From positions 1-53,308 of the forward strand of contig CAZZFL010000002.1 of the NCBI GenBank assembly GCA_964653395.1: DNA of 53,308 nt, written 5' to 3'. Position numbers and translations under genes: made by a program. How positions within the stretch are numbered: position 1 is the first letter of the stretch; every line of letters starts with the position of its first letter. The DNA is from an uncultured Treponema sp. (GTDB lineage Bacteria > Spirochaetota > Spirochaetia > Treponematales > Treponemataceae). The notes below the pieces were generated by a model that saw nothing but the letters and a program-made list of their open reading frames with translations, did not search any database and was not told the DNA's origin. Positions 1-9,039 of this stretch are shown here, piece by piece.

Positions 1-110
1 CGATGCGCGACGTTATCGATGCTCTTGACAAAGGCGACGATTCGGGTATAATTACAAGGGAAATTAGGTTTGCGCTTGATGAGTATTACGCTCAATGGGG
101 CGCAAAATAG
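1..110 (+). CDS. 3' end of a gene truncated by the window edge (...MRDVIDALDKGDDSGIITREIRFALDEYYAQWGAK*)
   Basis: Open frame from 3 to TAG at 108-110; product unknown. Confidence 0.55.
   Translation, partial: MRDVIDALDKGDDSGIITREIRFALDEYYAQWGAK
25..52 (+). promoter_or_regulatory. Perfect sigma70 consensus promoter TTGACA-N16-TATAAT inside the upstream ORF
   Basis: TTGACA 25-30, TATAAT 47-52. Confidence 0.5.
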
Positions 111-311
111 ACAAAGGGGTAAGTCAAAAGTTTCGCACAAATGGCGCGATGCTTTTGGCTTGACAAGTTCGCGTTTTGCTCGAGCTTGTTTATTTTATTC
201 GTGTGCGTCGCGAAAAATTGCTAAACGCGCACGCTGAAAGTTTTTCGCGAAATTGTTCTGGCAACAAAGTTTCTGGTCAATTTCGTGCACGGCTTTTTTA
301 TAGGAGAATGT

Positions 312-1556
312 ATGAAAAAATTCTTGATTGCGATTGCCGCAGGCGCAATTCTTTTGAGTTCCGCGAGCGCGCAAATTCTCAAAGAGCGAAGTGTTCAAAA
401 CACGCTTTACACTGGATTCGGTTTGCCGTATGAAGACGACGGGGACGATGGTCATGACGACTTCAACTGGGTGGGCATTTTGGACACGCTTCAAGTTCGC
501 TTGGACAGGGACTGGTTCACGATTGATGGCGGTCTCACTTGGGGACTTCCGCGAATGAATTGGGGTGGAAGTGGTATAGTTTTTGAAAACACTGAAAAAA
601 CCCAATTCAGTTTTATGGGCGAAAAACGCGATGGAGATACTTGCAAGACTGGCTATAAGCATTACGTCAATTTTGTGGTAAGGCCATTCGAAGGATTTGA
701 GGCCGGAGTCGGAACTCACCTCAATTGGTCGGTGGGACCTTCACCGCAGACTGGAGGATTCCCATGGATGCCGTTGGCGCATGTTCTCCAAGGCGATTTC
801 GACAAAGGTGCACCTGTAAAAGACAGCGACAAAGTAGCAGGCAGATTCGATTACGCCTATAAATGGGCGGATGCCGCGATTGCCGCACGCTACACGCTTG
901 GATTTGACAAAGCCAAAAATCATTATTTGCAGCTCGGCGTGGCAATTCCTGATGGGGCAACTTCCGACCATTTCTTCATCAATGCCGCTGCGGAACTCAA
1001 GCCGATTGATTTGCTCACTGTTGCCGTTGCCTACAAACATCAAGACAAGGAAAAGAATGGCGGAAATCTTTATACTGGTTTGAAACTTGACTTCACGAGA
1101 AACTTCAATATCGAAGCATGGTTCGGTTTGAATGGAATTGGGATAAACAAGGCTGGCGATACTGATGGCAAAAAAATGTGGGGAACTGGCGCGGCGGTCT
1201 ACATCAAATTCGGCAAACTTCCGCTTTGGATAAAACCCGAAGTCGGCTTCTCGGATTATCTTTATGCAGACTACACGGCGGCGTTCTACACGGGCGGTCG
1301 CATCCAGTGGGACATCACAAAGGCGTTGCACTTGGGCGCATGGACTTCATTTGCATGGGGTGCGGAAGACGACAAATGGCCTGACGACTACGACGGCGGA
1401 TTCATTTGGAACATTCGCCCAGATTTCACGTTCGACATCAACGAGCATCATTCAATCAGCGCGGTGTTTGAATACGAAACAACTCACTTGCCCAATGATG
1501 ACAGGTACAATCGCTTCTGCTTCGGCTTCTACTGGAAATACAATCGCGCGTTCTAG
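312..1556 (+). CDS. Secreted protein, probable outer-membrane beta-barrel
   Basis: AGGAG SD at 302-306; signal peptide MKKFLIAIAAGAILLSSASA; Gly/aromatic-rich alternating strands; C-terminus FCFGFYWKYNRAF. Confidence 0.7.
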   Translation: MKKFLIAIAAGAILLSSASAQILKERSVQNTLYTGFGLPYEDDGDDGHDDFNWVGILDTLQVRLDRDWFTIDGGLTWGLPRMNWGGSGIVFENTEKTQFSFMGEKRDGDTCKTGYKHYVNFVVRPFEGFEAGVGTHLNWSVGPSPQTGGFPWMPLAHVLQGDFDKGAPVKDSDKVAGRFDYAYKWADAAIAARYTLGFDKAKNHYLQLGVAIPDGATSDHFFINAAAELKPIDLLTVAVAYKHQDKEKNGGNLYTGLKLDFTRNFNIEAWFGLNGIGINKAGDTDGKKMWGTGAAVYIKFGKLPLWIKPEVGFSDYLYADYTAAFYTGGRIQWDITKALHLGAWTSFAWGAEDDKWPDDYDGGFIWNIRPDFTFDINEHHSISAVFEYETTHLPNDDRYNRFCFGFYWKYNRAF

Positions 1557-1562
1557 ATTGTT

Positions 1563-2684
1563 TTGAAATTCAATGCAAAAAAATATCGGGAAATTCTGTG
1601 CGCGGAATTTCCAGATTTTCTTGAAAAATACCTTTCGCTGAAAATTCTTGTTCGCCTCAAAGGAATCGGACTTTTGTGCGGCACTGATTGGACCGCGCTT
1701 TTCAAAAACAAATTTTTTTATTCGCGATTCGAGCATTGCGTGAATTGCGCGCTCATCGTTTGGAATTTCACTCGCGACAAAAAGCAGACGCTCGTCGCGC
1801 TTTTGCACGACGTTTCTACCCCTGCCTTCAGCCACGTCATCGATTTTAAAAACGGCGACGCGCTCACGCAAACTTCCACCGAAAATGCGAACGCGAAAAT
1901 GCTCCACGAGGACGCGGAACTCGCGCGGCTTTTGGTGCAAGACGGTTTGACCGTGGGCGAGGTGGACGATTATCACGCCTATTCGATTTGCGACAATGAA
2001 ATTCCGCATTTGAGCGCAGACCGCCTTGAATATATGTTTCCGAGCGGCGCGGCTTTGCAGGGAATTTTTTCGCTTCGAAGCGTGCGGCGTTTTTACAAAG
2101 ATTTGACTTTGGCGAAAAATGAATTCGGCGAAATTGAATTCGCGTTTCGCACGAAAAAAATCGCGTTCGAATATTTTTCGCGTTGTCTGAAAGTCGGAAT
2201 GATTTTGCAGCGCAACGAAGACAAAATTGCGATGGAACTTTTGGCGCGAGTCGTGGAAAAGGCTTTGCTTTGCGGCGCGCTTTTTGAGCGCGAACTTTTT
2301 GAATTGTCGGAAAAAGAAATAATCGCTCGATGGGACAAAATGCTTTTTGAAAACGCACGAAGCGCGACGCGTGATTTGCAAGATTTTTTGACTCATTATA
2401 AAACATTTCGCACGATGAAAAAAATCCGTCGCGCAAAATCCGCCCTGCCGAATTTTTTTTGCGTGAATTTGGAAGTGAAGCGACGCTACATAAATCCGCT
2501 CGTTCTTGTGAATGATGGAGGGGGATTTTCAAATAATGTTTCCGCTGTAGAAGTTTCAAGTGAAGGTGCGAATTCAAAACGGATTTGCGATGTTTCGCGC
2601 CGCGCCGCACGCCTTCAAAAAAAATTCCTTTCTTTCCGCGACTCGCCGTTCGGCTGCGTGAAATTCGCTTCGCTGACAGAATGA
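1563..2684 (+). CDS. HD-domain phosphohydrolase (dNTPase/YdhJ-like motif order)
   Basis: YSRFEHC, LLHDVS...FSH and LSADRLEY motifs; TTG start. Confidence 0.8.
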   Translation: MKFNAKKYREILCAEFPDFLEKYLSLKILVRLKGIGLLCGTDWTALFKNKFFYSRFEHCVNCALIVWNFTRDKKQTLVALLHDVSTPAFSHVIDFKNGDALTQTSTENANAKMLHEDAELARLLVQDGLTVGEVDDYHAYSICDNEIPHLSADRLEYMFPSGAALQGIFSLRSVRRFYKDLTLAKNEFGEIEFAFRTKKIAFEYFSRCLKVGMILQRNEDKIAMELLARVVEKALLCGALFERELFELSEKEIIARWDKMLFENARSATRDLQDFLTHYKTFRTMKKIRRAKSALPNFFCVNLEVKRRYINPLVLVNDGGGFSNNVSAVEVSSEGANSKRICDVSRRAARLQKKFLSFRDSPFGCVKFASLTE

Positions 2685-2689
2685 AATTG

Positions 2690-2767
2690 GATATACTGTG
2701 AGGAACGATTCGATATACTGTGAGGATCGGGTCGATATACTGTGAGCTCAAGTTGATATACTGTGAA
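2690..2767 (+). repeat. Four direct repeats GATATACTGTGA(G/A) with 22/22/21-bp period
   Basis: Copies start at 2690, 2712, 2734, 2755; 8-9 nt variable linkers. Confidence 0.92.
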
Positions 2768-2850
2768 GAACAAGCCTTTTCCGTAAAGGCGCGTTTGCTT
2801 TTTCGCCATAAATTTACTCTCCGCGCAAAATAAATTTTGAAAATCTTCAC

Positions 2851-2879
2851 TTGATTTTACCATCGCTTTATTTTATACT
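2851..2879 (+). promoter_or_regulatory. Sigma70 promoter TTGATT-N17-TATACT, 6 nt before the ATG (leaderless geometry)
   Basis: -35 at 2851-2856, -10 at 2874-2879, ATG 2886, no SD. Confidence 0.65.
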
Positions 2880-2885
2880 GTCATC

Positions 2886-3866
2886 ATGAAGCTTGTTATT
2901 CTTGATGGACACGCGCTCAATCCGGGCGATTTGAACTATGACATTTTTCGGCAATTCGGCACGCTTGAAATTTTCGAGCGAACTCCGCCCGAATTGGTTT
3001 TGCAACGAATCAAAGATGCCGACATAATTTTTTTGAACAAAGTCGCGCTTTCAAAAGAAATTCTTTCGCAATGCAAAAATCTAAAATACATCGGCGTGTT
3101 CGCGACAGGCTACAATGTCATCGACATAAAGGCCGCGCGTGAACTCGGCATCACGGTCACGAACATTCCTTCGTACAGCACGATGGCGGTGGCGCAGGCG
3201 ACTTTCGCGCTGCTTTTTGAATTGACAAACGGAATCCACGAACACAATCTTTCCGTGCAAAAAGGCGATTGGTGCGCGAGCGAAGATTTTTGCTATTGGA
3301 CTCATCCGCTCACGGAAATCTACGGGAAGACTTTTGGCATCGTCGGTTTCGGAAGCATCGGGCAGCGCGTGGCGAAAATTGCAATTTCATTCGGAATGAA
3401 AGTTTTGGTACAAACTCGCTCGCAACAAAAAATCGATTCGTTCAATTCAAATTGCAAAAGCGCCGACGAAAAAGTTCAAGCCGTTTCAAAGGACGAACTT
3501 TTCGCGCAGAGCGAAATCATTTCTTTGCATTGTCCGCTCACCGACGAAACGCGCGAAATCATAAATGCCGCCGCGCTCGCAAAAATGAGGAACGGCGCGA
3601 TTTTGATAAACACGGCGCGTGGCGCACTCGTTGACGAAGCGGCCGTCCGAAACGCGCTCGATTCGAAAAAGCTCGCAGGCTTTGCGGCGGACGTTTTGCG
3701 AGAAGAGCCGATGTCGCGGGAATGCCCGCTTTTTGGCGCGCCGAATTGCGTCATCACTCCGCATGTCGCTTGGGCGGCGAAAGAAACTCGCGAACGCCTT
3801 TTGCAAATCGCGGTCGAAAACGTGAAAAATTTTTTGGCGGGAAATCCGACGAACGTCGTAAATTAA
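2886..3866 (+). CDS. D-2-hydroxyacid dehydrogenase (glycerate dehydrogenase / hydroxypyruvate reductase-like)
   Basis: GIVGFGSIG Rossmann motif, LHCPLT, INTARG, DVLREEP, ITPHVAW. Confidence 0.9.
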   Translation: MKLVILDGHALNPGDLNYDIFRQFGTLEIFERTPPELVLQRIKDADIIFLNKVALSKEILSQCKNLKYIGVFATGYNVIDIKAARELGITVTNIPSYSTMAVAQATFALLFELTNGIHEHNLSVQKGDWCASEDFCYWTHPLTEIYGKTFGIVGFGSIGQRVAKIAISFGMKVLVQTRSQQKIDSFNSNCKSADEKVQAVSKDELFAQSEIISLHCPLTDETREIINAAALAKMRNGAILINTARGALVDEAAVRNALDSKKLAGFAADVLREEPMSRECPLFGAPNCVITPHVAWAAKETRERLLQIAVENVKNFLAGNPTNVVN

Positions 3867-3888
3867 ATTCACTCGGAGAAAATTTAAA

Positions 3889-4659
3889 ATGAAAAACAAA
3901 TTGAACAATGAACTTGCCGTCTGCGGATTCGCGGCGGTAAAATCGCTCGAGAAAAAAAATCCTGAACGAATCACGCGCTTGTATTTTACGGCGGAACGCG
4001 CTCCGCTTTTTGGCGGCTTGTGCAAAAAACTCAGCCAGCGAAAAGCGCCTTACAATCAAGTGCGCGACGCAATCGAACTTGAGCGGCTTTCCGGAACGGT
4101 GCATCATCAAGGCGTGGTGGCGATGATTGAGGCTCCGGAAATTCAGCGGCTCAACACGGACATTGTTGACGAATGGATTGCGCGAAAGGAAAACGCGCTT
4201 TTGCTTGACAGAGTGGGCAACGCGAACAATTTGGGCGCGATTGTTCGAAGCGCGGCTTTTTTCGGAATGAAAAATATCGTCATTCCTGAAGACGAATCGC
4301 AAAGTTCAATCACCACGAGTTCGTACCGCGTGGCGCAAGGCGGAATGGAATTCGTAAATATTTTTTCCGTCAAATCCATTCCGGCATTGTTGCAGGCGAT
4401 TCAAGGAAAAATAATTCGCATCGGAACTGCGGCAAACGCGAAAACTCCGGCGAGCAAATTGCAGAGCCTTTGCAAAGGAAGCGGCGCGCTGATAATTTTG
4501 GGCAACGAAGAAAACGGAATCAGCCAAGAAGTGCGTTCGATGTGCGACGAGACAATCGCAATTCCTCATTGCGGCGCAAAAAATGGAAACGTCGCGCCAA
4601 TCGAAAGTTTGAACGTCGCACAAAGCGCAAGCATAATTTTGTACGAATTGCAGCGATAA
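3889..4659 (+). CDS. TrmH/SpoU-family RNA 2'-O-methyltransferase
   Basis: HHQGVVA, NLGAIVRSA, LGNEENG, ESLNVAQSA motifs. Confidence 0.88.
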   Translation: MKNKLNNELAVCGFAAVKSLEKKNPERITRLYFTAERAPLFGGLCKKLSQRKAPYNQVRDAIELERLSGTVHHQGVVAMIEAPEIQRLNTDIVDEWIARKENALLLDRVGNANNLGAIVRSAAFFGMKNIVIPEDESQSSITTSSYRVAQGGMEFVNIFSVKSIPALLQAIQGKIIRIGTAANAKTPASKLQSLCKGSGALIILGNEENGISQEVRSMCDETIAIPHCGAKNGNVAPIESLNVAQSASIILYELQR

Positions 4660-4867
4660 AAATGGCGCGGAACGTAACGCAATTTTAAAGCCGAGCAAAA
4701 ATCGCAAGCAAAAAAATTGGCATGCAATGTTCAAGTGTTTTTGCGGTTTGAAATTTAAAATGTTCGAACCGTAAAAAATTGGAATTTTTTTTGCAAAAAT
4801 TGCTTCGCGAAAAATCGATTTTCTTTAAAAAGGTCTCGAGTTTTTTCAGAAAAGAATTGCAACAACC

Positions 4868-4896
4868 TTGATTTTTTTTTGTCTAATTTGTAACAT
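4868..4896 (+). promoter_or_regulatory. Probable sigma70 promoter TTGATT-N17-TAACAT
   Basis: -35 at 4868-4873, -10 at 4891-4896, followed by GAGG SD and ATG 4922. Confidence 0.5.
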
Positions 4897-4921
4897 TAAG
4901 AAATAATAAAGCGAGGTTAAA

Positions 4922-6616
4922 ATGGCACTTTATCAAGACTTTTTGGTCGAAAACAGAGAGTTCGACTCTTACGAAGATTTGAAAGCGCATTGCCGATTGA
5001 AGGCTCCGCGCAATTTCAATTTCGCCTACGACATTGTAGACCGCTATACAATCACCGAGCCGGGAAAACGCGCGCTTGTTTGGTGCGACGACAACGGCGA
5101 AGAGCATTCGTGGACTTTCGATGAAATTTCGGCGGATTCAAAACGCACCGCGTATTTTTTGGCTTCACAAGGAATCAAAAAAGGAGACGCGGTTATGCTG
5201 ATTCTGCGTCGTCGCTACGAATGGTGGTGGGCAATGATGGCTTTGTGCCGAATCGGCGCGATTGCCGTTCCTGCTACAGATCAACTTTTGCAAAAGGACA
5301 TCGAATATCGCACGAACGCCGCGCAAATCAAAATGATAATTTCCTATGACAATCCTGCGGTTCAAGGCGAAATCGAAAAGGCACTTCCAAATTCGCCGAC
5401 GGTGAAAAAACTTGTGACTGTCGGTGCGCCGCGCGAAGGCTGGCTCGACTTCCATTCCGAAGTGAAAAAATGCGCCGCGGAATTTCCGCGCCCCGTCGGA
5501 GAAGCCGCGACTCAAAACGAAGATCCGATGTTGCTTTATTTTACTTCGGGAACTTCGGGCTATCCGAAAATGGTTTTGCACAATTTCCTTTATCCAATCG
5601 GGCACATCATCACGGCGAAATATTGGCACTGCGTCGTTGACAACGGCTTGCATCTCACGGTGGCGGAAACCGGCTGGGCGAAATCCACGTGGGGCAAACT
5701 TTACGGACAATGGATTTGTGGAACTGCGCTTTTCGTTTATGACATGAACAGTTTCAAGCCGGACAAAATGCTTCAAAAAATTTCGCAGTACGGAATAACG
5801 ACATTTTGCGCACCCCCCACAGTGTACCGATATTTGATTCGGCAGGATTTGTCCAAATACGACATCAGCTGCGTAAAAAGATTTTCCACGGCGGGCGAAG
5901 CTTTGAACGGCGAAGTCTACAACAAATTCATCGAGCAGACTGGAAAGAAAATTTACGAAGGTTACGGCCAAACCGAATCGACAATCATCTGCGGAAATTT
6001 CATGGACGCGGTTGTGCGCCCAGGCTCGATGGGACGACCTTCTCCCGCATACAATGTGGAAGTGGTGAACGCGAGCGGAAAGCCAGTTCCGGCAGGCGAA
6101 GTGGGCGAACTTGTCATCCACTTGAATGAAGGTCATCCATTCGGATTGCTTTCAGGATATTATCACGATGTTGTTCTCACCGCCAACGCTTTCGACATGG
6201 GCGTGTACCACACCGGCGACACAGTTTACATGGACAAGGACGGCTATGTTTGGTTCGTGGGACGCAAGGACGACATCATAAAATCTTCCGGCTACAGAAT
6301 CAGTCCGTTTGAAGTGGAATCGGTTTTGCAGCAACATCCTGCCGTAATGGAATGCGCCGTCACAGGCATTCCGGATGAAAAACGAGGCCAAGCGGTCAAA
6401 GCAACAATCGTGCTTTCGCCGGGCTATTCCGCGAGCCACGAACTTGAAGTGGAATTGTTTGACTTTGTGAAGCACGAAACCGCCTTGTACAAATGCCCGC
6501 GCATAATCGAATTTGTCGAGGAACTGCCAAAGACAATCAGCGGAAAAATTCGCCGCGTGGAAATTCGTGAAAAAGACAAGGGCATCGATGTGAAAAACGT
6601 CAAGCAGGAATTTTAG
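4922..6616 (+). CDS. AMP-forming short/medium-chain acyl-CoA synthetase
   Basis: YFTSGTSGYPK P-loop, YGQTE, TGD, GRKDD, PKTISGK motifs. Confidence 0.9.
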   Translation: MALYQDFLVENREFDSYEDLKAHCRLKAPRNFNFAYDIVDRYTITEPGKRALVWCDDNGEEHSWTFDEISADSKRTAYFLASQGIKKGDAVMLILRRRYEWWWAMMALCRIGAIAVPATDQLLQKDIEYRTNAAQIKMIISYDNPAVQGEIEKALPNSPTVKKLVTVGAPREGWLDFHSEVKKCAAEFPRPVGEAATQNEDPMLLYFTSGTSGYPKMVLHNFLYPIGHIITAKYWHCVVDNGLHLTVAETGWAKSTWGKLYGQWICGTALFVYDMNSFKPDKMLQKISQYGITTFCAPPTVYRYLIRQDLSKYDISCVKRFSTAGEALNGEVYNKFIEQTGKKIYEGYGQTESTIICGNFMDAVVRPGSMGRPSPAYNVEVVNASGKPVPAGEVGELVIHLNEGHPFGLLSGYYHDVVLTANAFDMGVYHTGDTVYMDKDGYVWFVGRKDDIIKSSGYRISPFEVESVLQQHPAVMECAVTGIPDEKRGQAVKATIVLSPGYSASHELEVELFDFVKHETALYKCPRIIEFVEELPKTISGKIRRVEIREKDKGIDVKNVKQEF

Positions 6617-6664
6617 CAAAATCAGCAAAATGATTTTTGCCGAAAATTCGTGAAAAGTTTTTCG

Positions 6665-6697
6665 AAAAAAGGAATCGCAAATGCGATTCCTTTTTTT
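6665..6697. terminator. Bidirectional intrinsic terminator
   Basis: A6-GGAATCGCA-aa-TGCGATTCC-T7 downstream of the synthetase stop. Confidence 0.8.
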
Positions 6698-6846
6698 ATG
6701 CCTTGAAAATTTGATTGCGATAAAATTCAATTCAATAAATTCGCGTTTGCGATTATTCACTACTCACATAAAGCGAAATAAAAATTTCTGTTCACCCCCT
6801 CCCCTACAAAAAAAAACACACACTTTTTTCACAAAAAATGCAAACG

Positions 6847-6882
6847 TTTTATAATATGACATTTATTTGTCATATTATAAAA
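6847..6882. repeat. Palindrome copy 1: 15-bp perfect arms TTTTATAATATGACA-N6-TGTCATATTATAAAA
   Basis: Read directly; lies between convergent genes. Confidence 0.9.
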
Positions 6883-6928
6883 TATTAGAATCTTCGCGTT
6901 TGCAATAAAATGAATTTTTTGCACGACG

Positions 6929-6956
6929 CGCTTTGCGATAAATCTATCGCAAAGCG
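6929..6956. terminator. 12-bp-stem hairpin downstream of the radical SAM gene
   Basis: CGCTTTGCGATA-aatc-TATCGCAAAGCG; no clear U-tract on the minus strand. Confidence 0.4.
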
Positions 6957-6988
6957 TTTCGCTTCATCGCAATGTCGATTTTCGTTTT

Positions 6989-7873
6989 TCACAAATGTCG
7001 CAAATTTTTTCGATAGTCCGAAAGTTCTTGCTCGCTGAATCTGCGCAATATGCCGTCAATTTCTGAAATCAATTCGGCACGATCATGCGGAAGATTTCCG
7101 TGCAACTGAACGGCATTTGATGCGCCCAGCGCGGCGAAATGCGTTGGAATTGAAAGGCCTTCCACGAGCGTCTTTAGTTCACGATACTTTTCGGTTTCGC
7201 TTTCTTCCGCCCAATTTCCGTTTTGAATTTCGGCATGTAATTCCGATGCGGGACAAATCGTAAGCATGGACGCGCCGACGATTTTCGGCTGAAGTTGATT
7301 GAAAATTTCAAGCGTCCGTTCTGCGCCGCGCACGCCGTTTCCTTTTCCGCTTATGCCCGTCAAATAAAAAAAATTGTAGCCAATCGCCGCTTCGTCAAGT
7401 TTGCGGCATTGCTCCAAAATATCCGCAGCCGTGTATCCTTTGCGCATGAACGCAAGAGCGTCATTGTCGCCGGTTTCCACGCCGAGCGTAATTCCGTTGT
7501 AGCCCGCGCTTCGCAGCTGCTTCAATTCGTCGATGCTTTTTGGCGCGATGTCAGTAATCCGCGCGAAACAGCCGAGCGTTTTCAGGCGCGGAAGATACTG
7601 CTTCGCAAGGAACGCAATTCGCCTTAAGTTTTTCGATGACAGCACGAACGGATTTGCGCCCGTAAGAAAAAGGCGCGTTGCGTCCGGCACAAGAGAATTG
7701 AGTTCGCGCAAATCTTCCACAATTTCCGATTCCTGCGACATTTTGAATTTGAACGGCACGTCATCATAGAGCGTGCAGAATTTGCACTGATGATGCGTGC
7801 AGGCCGCCGTGACTTGCAACAAAGCCGACCACGACTCATAGGGCGGCCGCCAAATTGTTCCTGTGAAATGCAT
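6989..7873 (-). CDS. Radical SAM protein, substrate unknown
   Basis: CxxxCxxC (CTHHQCKFC); GGAGG SD. Confidence 0.88.
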   Translation of the reverse strand: MHFTGTIWRPPYESWSALLQVTAACTHHQCKFCTLYDDVPFKFKMSQESEIVEDLRELNSLVPDATRLFLTGANPFVLSSKNLRRIAFLAKQYLPRLKTLGCFARITDIAPKSIDELKQLRSAGYNGITLGVETGDNDALAFMRKGYTAADILEQCRKLDEAAIGYNFFYLTGISGKGNGVRGAERTLEIFNQLQPKIVGASMLTICPASELHAEIQNGNWAEESETEKYRELKTLVEGLSIPTHFAALGASNAVQLHGNLPHDRAELISEIDGILRRFSEQELSDYRKNLRHL

Positions 7874-8029
7874 AAAACCTCCATATTTTCCAGTTTGTCA
7901 TATCTTCTGATATGAATTGCATTTTTCTGCGTTTTCTTATAAGATAATTATATGCGGTATGAAAAATCAAGAACTGTAATTATTTAGTGTTAGTACTAAA
8001 AAGATACTGTAAAGAAAAGCGAGGTGAAT

Positions 8030-8431
8030 ATGGCAGGAAAAAAATTCTTAAAACGGGAAGTCATGGCGCACTGCGTGCCGATGAGCATTTTGCAATCGAT
8101 GCTCGGCGGAAAATGGAAATTTCTGATTTTGTGGTACATCGCGCTTGACGAAAAATTGCGCTTCAGCGAACTTTTGCGCCGAATCGACGGCATCACTCAA
8201 TCAACGCTTACGAAGCAATTGCGCGAACTTGAAGACGACGGATTCATTCTTCGCAAAGTGTACCCGGAAGTTCCGCCGAAAGTGGAATACTCGCTCACCG
8301 CCACGGGAAAAAGTTTTGTGCCCGTCCTTACGCAGATGATGCTGTGGAGCCAAAAGCATTTGTGCGCGCCAAATTACAAAAGCCCGTATTCCGCAAAAGA
8401 TATTCGCCGGCTGCTCGGAAAGCGCAATTAA
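8030..8431 (+). CDS. HxlR-family winged-helix regulator
   Basis: CP...GGKWK, LRFSEL, LRELEDDG, EVPPKVEYSLT; GAGGTG SD. Confidence 0.9.
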   Translation: MAGKKFLKREVMAHCVPMSILQSMLGGKWKFLILWYIALDEKLRFSELLRRIDGITQSTLTKQLRELEDDGFILRKVYPEVPPKVEYSLTATGKSFVPVLTQMMLWSQKHLCAPNYKSPYSAKDIRRLLGKRN

Positions 8432-8469
8432 AATTTCGCGCCGATTTATTCTGTCGTCTTGCCGCCTTA

Positions 8470-9030
8470 TCAAGGATAGCTGATATACACTTCCTTTATG
8501 TTGACAACAATTTCGTCTTTTACCAAAACTTTTGTAAGCGTGCGGCTTAGCATTGTGTCAAAATAGGGCGGAAAAAAACCAAAGTTGACGGCATTTGTCA
8601 TATAAACGTAATGCCTTGTTCCGTCTTCGATGTATGAATAAGCCGCCGCTCCGTATTTGTCATAAAACTGCTGGAACGTCAAACCAATGTCTTCATTTTT
8701 TATTTCTGCACTTTTTGACAATGAATACTTGAACAATTCTTCTGTATCTGTCTGCTCGTTTTTCCGATATTCAAAAGTCATGATGAAGTTGTTTCTGCAC
8801 AAAACGCTGACGAGTGAAATTTCCTTTTCCCCCTCCATATAATGCAAATATGGAAGCATGTCTCTTTCGCTCACATTCTCAAAAAGATAGAGAACCATAT
8901 CCTGGTATGAATGTTTAAAATTCTCTGAAACTTCGAGCAAATCACTTGTTTTGCGCCGACATGAAATCATCAAAAAAGCAAACAAAAAAATTAAAAATCC
9001 GCGTTTAAAAAAATCCATCTTTTTCTCCAC
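8470..9030 (-). CDS. Hypothetical lipoprotein
   Basis: Hydrophobic leader with lipobox MISC; start is GTG 9030 or ATG 9018. Confidence 0.6.
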   Translation of the reverse strand: MEKKMDFFKRGFLIFLFAFLMISCRRKTSDLLEVSENFKHSYQDMVLYLFENVSERDMLPYLHYMEGEKEISLVSVLCRNNFIMTFEYRKNEQTDTEELFKYSLSKSAEIKNEDIGLTFQQFYDKYGAAAYSYIEDGTRHYVYMTNAVNFGFFPPYFDTMLSRTLTKVLVKDEIVVNIKEVYISYP

Positions 9031-9039
9031 TAATTTATT

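Noticed and set aside
2690-2767. CRISPR array or TIGR-type guide array
   Set aside because: The 13-nt repeat and 8-9 nt linkers are far below CRISPR sizes, the linkers resemble each other, there is only one repeat type, and no cas or Nop-domain gene is in the window
7896-7903. Fifth copy of the dispersed palindrome
   Set aside because: Only the TGTCATAT half-site; no matching left arm at 6-bp spacing
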